The notes beneath the pieces were generated by a model, which was given only the letters and a program-made list of their open reading frames with translations, was not told the origin of the DNA and searched no databases. Source: an uncultured Verrucomicrobiae bacterium (GTDB lineage Bacteria > Chlamydiota > Chlamydiia > Chlamydiales > Rhabdochlamydiaceae). Taken from it: a stretch of 64,000 bases of DNA. The stretch covers positions 1,632,001 to 1,696,000 of the forward strand of contig OY970364.1 in NCBI GenBank assembly GCA_963718565.1, read 5' to 3'. A program made the position numbers and the translations under genes. Below are positions 57,577-64,000 of the stretch, one piece after another; the stretch's first letter is position 1, and each line of letters begins with the position of its first letter.

Positions 57577-59930
57577 CGAGGGAATTGCAGTTCTCCCTGA
57601 CAAAAAAATGGGCGATTGCCGCTGCCGCATTCGCGTTTTGCCTTGCTGATCAATCTCTACTATCTTCTCAGACAATTGCTGAAAAATTGGCAAGCGGGTC
57701 TAAAGTAGGGGAAAATGCTGGGAATTTCGATGGGATGGTAAAGGATATCAATCACCAGCTTACCGCACTGCGCACTGATCTCGACAGTTGTTACACAAAA
57801 GCCCGTGAACTCTTCTCTAGTAGTGCTCCCGAAGAGGAGTTTCAACTGCTTTTAGAACGCGCCAACGCTCTCAAAGGACAAATTCATTCCTTGGAAATCC
57901 GATGGCATGGTGCTGCCGTCAGCGAAGCAAAACGCGAAGAAGAAGGATATGCCTTGTGGGATCAAGAGGAAACGACTTTAGCACAGCTCGTAATGGAATA
58001 TGGCGCTCTTGACTATCTCTTTATCGTCCCTCCAGAAATGGCTGCTTTAAAACTCAATATGCATTCCAATATTCCGATCCCCCGCGAATCTTGGAGTGAA
58101 ATGCTCGAAATTATCCTTGCCCACAACGGTATTGGTGTTAAAAAAGTCAATACTTATGTAAGGCAGCTTTACATCTTAAAGCAGGACCCATCGGCAATTC
58201 AAAGCATCGCTTCCTCTCCCCAACAATTACAATGGATCCCTGACCATACACGTCTTTTCTACGTCTTCAGCCCGCCTGTTGAGCAAGTGAAAAGCTCCTT
58301 TCAATTTTTTGAACGCTTTGCAGATGCCAAGCAGACTTTTATTTATCAAATCGGTCCAAAGATAGCGATCATTGCCAACAAAGAAGAGGTCGTCAAACTT
58401 TTAGACTTGTACAACACAGTGTGGCAGAACGCCCAAGGTAAAATTTCCCGTGTTGTCACCATCTCTAAAATGGCGGTCAAAGAGATGGAGAAAATTCTTC
58501 AATCTTTCTTTGGCGAGACCATTGAAAAAAATCGTCCTCCATTTGGTAAAACCGAACAAGAGGGTCTCAGTATCTTTTCGCTTACTCAGGGGAATGCTTT
58601 GATTCTGATCGGGCAGGAAGAAGTTGTCGATCGCGCAGAGAAGATCATTAAAGAGACAGAAGAACAGTTGCAAGATCCAGCGGAAATGACAGTTTATTTG
58701 TATCCCTGCCATCATTCTAATCCCGATGATCTCGCTAAAGTTCTGGAAAAGGTCTACAACTCGCTGTTGTTAGCTTCCACCGAGGCTAACAAAGAAGTCG
58801 ATGTTAACTTTGCCACCCAAGGCCCTCAATTTAAAACCCCTCCTGATGGCTATCCTCCAGTCTCTCCTCTTGTTGTTTCTCCTCCGCCGTTGAAATTAGG
58901 AAGTACAGCTTCTCTTGAGGTAGAGGAAGGTTCAGATCATTTTATTTCTGATCCTAAATCCGGAAATCTCTTGATGGTCGTCCGGCGCGATGCTCTCGCA
59001 AAAATTAAAGATCTACTCCGTAAGCTCGATGTTCCCAAAAAAATGGTCCAAATCGAAGTGATGTTGTTTGAAAAGCGCATTAAAAATGAGAACAGCTACG
59101 GCATGAACATGCTCAAATTAGGCTCAAAAAAGAATGGGATCAGATTCAGTTCTGAATTTGCGCCTCAGGGTCGTGGCGTACTGCAATATTTGCTGCACGG
59201 GCATCATTCCAAACATTTTCCTGCCTATGATCTCGCGATGAATTTCTTGATGTCGCAAGAAGATATTCAACTCAATGCAGCCCCTTCCATCATCACTGTC
59301 AATCAAACCCCTGCGACCATCTCGATTGTCGAAGAAATTTCAATCAATAATGGCGCTGCGCCTATGGACACAAATAAAGGGATCGCATTTGAAAAGTCAT
59401 TTTCTCGTGCCCAATATGGGATCACGATCATTTTAACGCCTACAGTCCATCTTCCCGATCATCAGGATGAACTTTCCAATGGCAAAGGATTTGTCACACT
59501 TCAAACCAATGTGACTTTTGATACGACAAAGCACCACAATCAGGACGATCGTCCACTCGTCGACCGTCGCCATATTGAAAATGAAGTGCGCGTTTCCGAT
59601 GGTCAAACAGTGATCTTAGGGGGCTTAAGACGTAAGTCTTCTCAAGATAACGAAGACAAAATTCCTTTTCTTGGTGATATTCCAGGCCTCGGCAAGTTAT
59701 TCGGCTCTATGAAGCTCACGAATCATAATACAGAAATGTTCATCTTCATTACTCCGACAATTGTCCTTGATGCTGAAGAGCAGCTGATCCAAATTCGCAA
59801 TGAAGAGGTCAAAAGGCGACCTGGCGACATTCCTGACTATCTCGAGCGCGTCGTGGAAGCACAAGAAAAAGAACGCAAGAAGTATTTTCAAAATAGCTTT
59901 AAAGCTTTGTTCGGTAATAGCAATGTCTAA
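57573..59930 (+). CDS. gspD: Type II secretion secretin GspD
   Basis: LDVPKKMVQIEV, GQTVILGGL, KIPFLGDIPGLGKLF and FITPTIV motifs. Confidence 0.93.
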   Translation: MTRELQFSLTKKWAIAAAAFAFCLADQSLLSSQTIAEKLASGSKVGENAGNFDGMVKDINHQLTALRTDLDSCYTKARELFSSSAPEEEFQLLLERANALKGQIHSLEIRWHGAAVSEAKREEEGYALWDQEETTLAQLVMEYGALDYLFIVPPEMAALKLNMHSNIPIPRESWSEMLEIILAHNGIGVKKVNTYVRQLYILKQDPSAIQSIASSPQQLQWIPDHTRLFYVFSPPVEQVKSSFQFFERFADAKQTFIYQIGPKIAIIANKEEVVKLLDLYNTVWQNAQGKISRVVTISKMAVKEMEKILQSFFGETIEKNRPPFGKTEQEGLSIFSLTQGNALILIGQEEVVDRAEKIIKETEEQLQDPAEMTVYLYPCHHSNPDDLAKVLEKVYNSLLLASTEANKEVDVNFATQGPQFKTPPDGYPPVSPLVVSPPPLKLGSTASLEVEEGSDHFISDPKSGNLLMVVRRDALAKIKDLLRKLDVPKKMVQIEVMLFEKRIKNENSYGMNMLKLGSKKNGIRFSSEFAPQGRGVLQYLLHGHHSKHFPAYDLAMNFLMSQEDIQLNAAPSIITVNQTPATISIVEEISINNGAAPMDTNKGIAFEKSFSRAQYGITIILTPTVHLPDHQDELSNGKGFVTLQTNVTFDTTKHHNQDDRPLVDRRHIENEVRVSDGQTVILGGLRRKSSQDNEDKIPFLGDIPGLGKLFGSMKLTNHNTEMFIFITPTIVLDAEEQLIQIRNEEVKRRPGDIPDYLERVVEAQEKERKKYFQNSFKALFGNSNV

Positions 59931-61617
59931 TTCGACAGCCTCTTCCAGAATCAAGGAATTGCTCGATGAATTGATCAAAGTCCTTAAACGAAAAAGCAGC
60001 TCGGAAGCCGTTCCTTCAAATGCGGGTATTTCCAGTCCTAAGTCGCAAAAAAACTTTGGCGATATTGAAGAGATCGCTAAACGATTCCATCTCGCCTATT
60101 TTACTAACCTTTCTGAATTTCCCTACGTTAAAGAGAAAATTACCCCTCTTCCCTATTCTTTTGCAAAGGCGCGTCTTCTTCTTCCCCTAGAAGAAAAGGA
60201 AGGCGTTCTTGTCATCGCAATGACCCATCCCTTTGATTTTGAGCTCCTTGAAGAAGTCCGTTATTTGGTCCATTGTGAGATCTGTCAAGTATTGGCTCCC
60301 AAAGCGGCCCTCGAAGAAGCGATCGAACTCTGTTATCACCAAAAAGAAAATGAAGCTTCAGAATATATCGCCAGCTTGCAACACGACAGATCCTCTGGGC
60401 AATCAGACGAAGAAGAGGGATATGATCTTCTAGAAAAGAACACGGAATCCCCCGTCATCCGCATGCTCAATGTCATGCTTGCTGAAGCTGTCCAACAAGG
60501 GGCTTCAGATATCCATTTCGAGCCGATGGAAAATGGTCTTGGCGTCCGTTACCGAATCGACGGCGTATTACAGCAAAGGCACGCTCCTCCGAAGGAATTC
60601 CAGTCGCAGCTGATTACACGTATTAAAGTCATGGCCCGTCTTGATATCGCTGAACGTCGCCTGCCTCAAGATGGACGGATCAAGTTAAACATGGGAGGTA
60701 GACAGATCGATTTCCGTGTCAGTACGGTCCCCGTTGTGTTTGGCGAACGGATTGTGCTGCGTATTCTCGATAAAGGAAACGTCTTGCTCGGGCTGAACAA
60801 CATCGGCATTCGCCCTCCTTTGCTCGCTGCTTTGACAAAACTGATTAATTTGAGCGAAGGAATTGTCCTTGTTACCGGCCCCACAGGCAGCGGTAAGACG
60901 ACCACGCTTTACAGTGCCCTTTCGGAGATCAATAATTCCGAAATGAATATCATGACCATCGAAGATCCTGTGGAATACAAGCTTCAAGGGATGGCTCAAA
61001 TCGGGGTCAATCCAAAAATCCATCTGACTTTTGCGACAGGGCTGCGCCATATTCTCCGTCAAGACCCTGATGTGATCATGATCGGTGAGATCCGAGATAA
61101 AGAAACGGCCGAAATTGCCATCCAAGCCTCTCTGACGGGGCATCTCGTTCTTAGCACGCTTCATACAAATGATGCCCCTTCTGCGCTTACCCGGCTCGTC
61201 GATATGGGAATTGAACCTTATCTTTTGACCTCTTCTGTTGTCGGTGTATTGGCCCAACGTCTTGTGCGTCTCATCTGCCCCGTTTGCCGCATTGATTATC
61301 ACCCTTCAGACCAAGAGCTTAAGGAATTGGGAATCCTACAGGAAACATTGACTGAAGGAAAATTGTTCAAGGGGCAAGGCTGTGCGCATTGTTTCGGCTC
61401 GGGTTTTAAAGGACGCCATGGCATTTATGAATTGATGGCAGTTTCCTCTGCGATCAAGCGTCAGCTTTTGATGAGTCCTGATGCCCTTGAGCTACAAAGA
61501 GCTGCTTTTTCAGGAGGGATGGCAAGTTTGCGTCAAGAAGGATCCCTTTTAGCAATCCAAGGATTGACAGCATCCAGTGAAGTCCTGCGCGTCACCCGCG
61601 GATGCGATGAACTCTAA
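59923..61617 (+). CDS. gspE: Type II secretion ATPase GspE
   Basis: ASDIHFEP, LDIAERRLPQDG, GPTGSGKTT, EDPVEY, LRQDPD and a CxxC pair; start placed at ATG 59923. Confidence 0.96.
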   Translation: MSNSTASSRIKELLDELIKVLKRKSSSEAVPSNAGISSPKSQKNFGDIEEIAKRFHLAYFTNLSEFPYVKEKITPLPYSFAKARLLLPLEEKEGVLVIAMTHPFDFELLEEVRYLVHCEICQVLAPKAALEEAIELCYHQKENEASEYIASLQHDRSSGQSDEEEGYDLLEKNTESPVIRMLNVMLAEAVQQGASDIHFEPMENGLGVRYRIDGVLQQRHAPPKEFQSQLITRIKVMARLDIAERRLPQDGRIKLNMGGRQIDFRVSTVPVVFGERIVLRILDKGNVLLGLNNIGIRPPLLAALTKLINLSEGIVLVTGPTGSGKTTTLYSALSEINNSEMNIMTIEDPVEYKLQGMAQIGVNPKIHLTFATGLRHILRQDPDVIMIGEIRDKETAEIAIQASLTGHLVLSTLHTNDAPSALTRLVDMGIEPYLLTSSVVGVLAQRLVRLICPVCRIDYHPSDQELKELGILQETLTEGKLFKGQGCAHCFGSGFKGRHGIYELMAVSSAIKRQLLMSPDALELQRAAFSGGMASLRQEGSLLAIQGLTASSEVLRVTRGCDEL

Positions 61618-61619
61618 TC

Positions 61620-61700
61620 ACCTGAGTTTTGAGTTCCTTTCATAGTACCTTGCCTCGAAACCTACGACAATCTACTATAAAATGGACTCAAAACTCAGGT
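61620..61700. mobile_element. MITE family E, short form, between gspE and gspF
   Basis: acctgagttttgagt...actcaaaactcaggt; equals 62903-63147 with the centre deleted. Confidence 0.88.
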
Positions 61701-61712
61701 TATGAGAAAGGT

Positions 61713-62900
61713 ATGCCACTTTATCGATATAATGCGATCAGCGCTGAAGGAAAAACAAGCAAAGGAGTCATCGACGCCGATTCGCTGACGGCCGCAAAAG
61801 ATCGCCTTCGAAAACAGCAAATTCTTGTCACAACGGTTGTTCCTCTTCCCAATAGACAAGATCAACTCTCATTTTCTCAAAATCTCTTACTTTCCTTCAC
61901 ACGAGAACTCGCTCAGCTTCTCAAGGCTGGGCTTCCCCTTTATGAGAGCCTGCTCACGATCGAAGAAAAATATCGACGGAACAAAGCTCACCCCTTGTTC
62001 CTCGATCTTTGCGACCATCTCAAAGAAGGGGCTTCACTTTCGAGCGCACTCAAACGCTATCCGGCGACGTTTAACAGGATCTACCTTTCGATGGTGCAAG
62101 TGGCAGAACAAAGTGGCAATTTGGCAGCAGTTTTTGATCAGCTCGCCCAATTGATTACCCGCCAGCAAAAGTTAAAAAAACAGCTTTCAGCAGCCCTGAC
62201 CTATCCTACATTTCTGGCTCTATTTTGTTGTTGTATCGTTTGTGGTTTATTGTTTTTCGTGATTCCCTCAATGAAAGAACTCTTTGAGGACCGGGAGCTT
62301 CATCCCATGACTGCAACTGTTCTTGCCATCAGCCGATATGCAAATGACAATGTCACTTTCCTTTGCGTCGCCCTTTTGACGCTTATCAGCGGATTCATCT
62401 TTGCCATCCGCAGCAATTGGGGAAAGCGGTTTATCTATGAACTTTCCTTAAAGCTCCCCTTTGTGAAAAGCTTGCTTCTGCATTCTGCCCTTGTCCGTTT
62501 TTGCCGCTCTTTCGCCATGTTGCTTGCCGGAGGAGTTCCTCTACTGGAATCGTTGAGCCTCTCACGCAATGTTGTGAAAAGCCCGCTGATTGAAGAAGCG
62601 ATCAGCGATGCGGAAAAACGTGTTGGGCAGGGCGAAAGGATCAGTGTGGCCTTTAAAGGGGCGTCAATCCTCCCCCCCCTTGTTCTGCGCATGCTAGCCC
62701 TTGCCGAAGAAACCGGAAAAATGGATGAAGCCTTTTTCAATCTCGCCGAAATTTATGACGAAGAAATGGAAAAGCATCTTTCCCAAATCTCAACATTTCT
62801 TCAGCCGGCTTTATTAATCACTTTAGGAGCGATCGTCGGCCTTGTTGTGCTCTCCATACTCCTTCCTCTCACCGATGTGAGTTCTTTCATATCCAATTAA
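61713..62900 (+). CDS. gspF: Type II secretion platform protein GspF
   Basis: MPLYRY, FTRELAQLLKAGLPL, EQSGNL, ALTYP and EETGKM motifs; start placed at ATG 61713. Confidence 0.94.
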   Translation: MPLYRYNAISAEGKTSKGVIDADSLTAAKDRLRKQQILVTTVVPLPNRQDQLSFSQNLLLSFTRELAQLLKAGLPLYESLLTIEEKYRRNKAHPLFLDLCDHLKEGASLSSALKRYPATFNRIYLSMVQVAEQSGNLAAVFDQLAQLITRQQKLKKQLSAALTYPTFLALFCCCIVCGLLFFVIPSMKELFEDRELHPMTATVLAISRYANDNVTFLCVALLTLISGFIFAIRSNWGKRFIYELSLKLPFVKSLLLHSALVRFCRSFAMLLAGGVPLLESLSLSRNVVKSPLIEEAISDAEKRVGQGERISVAFKGASILPPLVLRMLALAEETGKMDEAFFNLAEIYDEEMEKHLSQISTFLQPALLITLGAIVGLVVLSILLPLTDVSSFISN

Positions 62901-62902
62901 CA

Positions 62903-63147
62903 ACCTGAGTTTTGGGTTCCTTTCATAGTATCTTGCCGTATCTTTTAAGGCACTTTTTGCAAATTTTGGGGGTGTAAATAAAAGTGTTGAGGCTAGGCAT
63001 TGAAATAATGCCTAGCCTCAACACTTTTATTTACACCCAAATTTTGGCACGTCCATAGGTGCCTCCAGCTATTGAACGCGCCAAAATTTGCAAAAATTGC
63101 CTCGAAACCTACGACAATCTACTATAAAATGAACCCAAAACTCAGGT
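62903..63147. mobile_element. MITE family E, long form (245 bp) with 5-bp TSD and inner perfect 32-bp palindrome
   Basis: TIR acctgagttttgggttc; TAACA at 62898-62902 and 63148-63152; arms at 62970-63001 and 63007-63038. Confidence 0.9.
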
Positions 63148-63163
63148 TAACAGGAGAACCTTA

Positions 63164-63586
63164 ATGAAAACCCGTAGAAAAAAGAGAACGTTGACCCTTC
63201 TTGAAATCATGATCGTCATCGTGCTGATCGGCTTGATCGGCAGCGTGCTTGGTTATAACATGAAGGGCAGTCTTGACGAAGGGCGCGCCTTCAAAACAAG
63301 ACAAGCCCGAGAACAAATTCACGATATTCTCATGCTCGAAGTGGCTCGGGGAGCATCCATTGAAGATGTCGTCAAGGACCGGCAGATTTACCTTAAAAAT
63401 TCAGGGTTGGTGAAGAATCCCAATGCCTTGTTAAAGGATGGCTGGGGACAGGAATTTGAAGTCAAAGTTGACGGAAGATCCAATGGTGAAATTATCGTTC
63501 ATTCCGCAAGACTCAAAAGCCATGAAGATAAGAAAAATGTAAAATTAGGGAAGACAGTTGTTGAAACTCAAGAAGAAGAAGATTAA
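63164..63586 (+). CDS. gspG: T2SS major pseudopilin GspG-like
   Basis: Basic leader followed by LTLLEIMIVIVLIG; DGWGQEF. Confidence 0.8.
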   Translation: MKTRRKKRTLTLLEIMIVIVLIGLIGSVLGYNMKGSLDEGRAFKTRQAREQIHDILMLEVARGASIEDVVKDRQIYLKNSGLVKNPNALLKDGWGQEFEVKVDGRSNGEIIVHSARLKSHEDKKNVKLGKTVVETQEEED

Positions 63587-64000
63587 ATCTTCTCGTACAT
63601 TTACGCTTATGGAGATGATGATCGCACTAGTCATTTTAAGTGTGGTCGGCGTCTTATCTACAGTCCAGATTAAAAAACTCACCGATGCCCATCGATTCGA
63701 AAAAGAAATTTCTCATCTATTTATTGCTTTGCAAGAAGCGCAGGTCCTAGCTGCAACTTACCAAACGGACATTTCTTTAGATTTCTATCGAGATAAAGGA
63801 AATCTCCGTTATCGATTTTCAACCTACGAGCCATTTACAGCGCAGCAATTCCATCGGGAACCTCGCTCTTTAAAGCGCGCTTCTGTCATGCAATTCCAAG
63901 GAAAAAAGGTCAACGAGCTCCACCTGGACATTTTCTCTGGACGCGTTGAGCCTCGGGGGATCCTCGCATTCTTTCAAACACCTGCAAAGGATAGCAAAGC
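63561..64000 (+). CDS. T2SS minor pseudopilin (partial, runs off the window)
   Basis: TTG 63561: LKLKKKKIKSSRTFTLMEMMIALVILSVVG...; open to the window end. Confidence 0.75.
   Translation, partial: MKLKKKKIKSSRTFTLMEMMIALVILSVVGVLSTVQIKKLTDAHRFEKEISHLFIALQEAQVLAATYQTDISLDFYRDKGNLRYRFSTYEPFTAQQFHREPRSLKRASVMQFQGKKVNELHLDIFSGRVEPRGILAFFQTPAKDSK

Noticed and set aside
1..64000. CRISPR array, rRNA, prophage, integrase, T3SS genes
   Set aside because: No regularly spaced repeat-spacer array or recognisable genes of these classes were seen

Overview
Core-chromosome segment of an environmental chlamydia (phylum Chlamydiota). The assignment rests on chlamydia-type gene neighbourhoods: tsaE-engB-dnaQ-pgk; an NTT nucleotide transporter near pgsA and sohB-polA-coaE-rho; dnaB-mnmG-lplA; sdhCAB-tatD; tolQRAB-pal-LysM-murI; and a T2SS gspDEFG locus. 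Accessory content includes an F-box/WD40 gene split by an unclassified 2039-bp IS (3-bp TSD, A9 frameshift site), a type-II PI4-kinase-like gene, an IS1634 inserted into the end of a MITE, an IS630 relic, a DUF4143 ATPase, three GT-A glycosyltransferases, tRNA-Ser(GCT) and an orphan tRNA(CAT) 3' half. The most striking signal is non-coding. About 25 copies or fragments of at least seven families of small palindromic MITE/RPE-like elements occupy many intergenic gaps. They nest inside each other and often abut or supply stop codons. One is translated in-frame as 75 extra residues in TsaE. Four families with unrelated termini share an optional ~50-80 nt internal module (GCTGCG-GA-[GA]CAC, a hairpin, then AGCAGGTGAGCGAAGCGAAC) that ends in a GCGAAGC mini-hairpin. 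All calls are by eye; no searches were run. The family letters A-H are my own labels.
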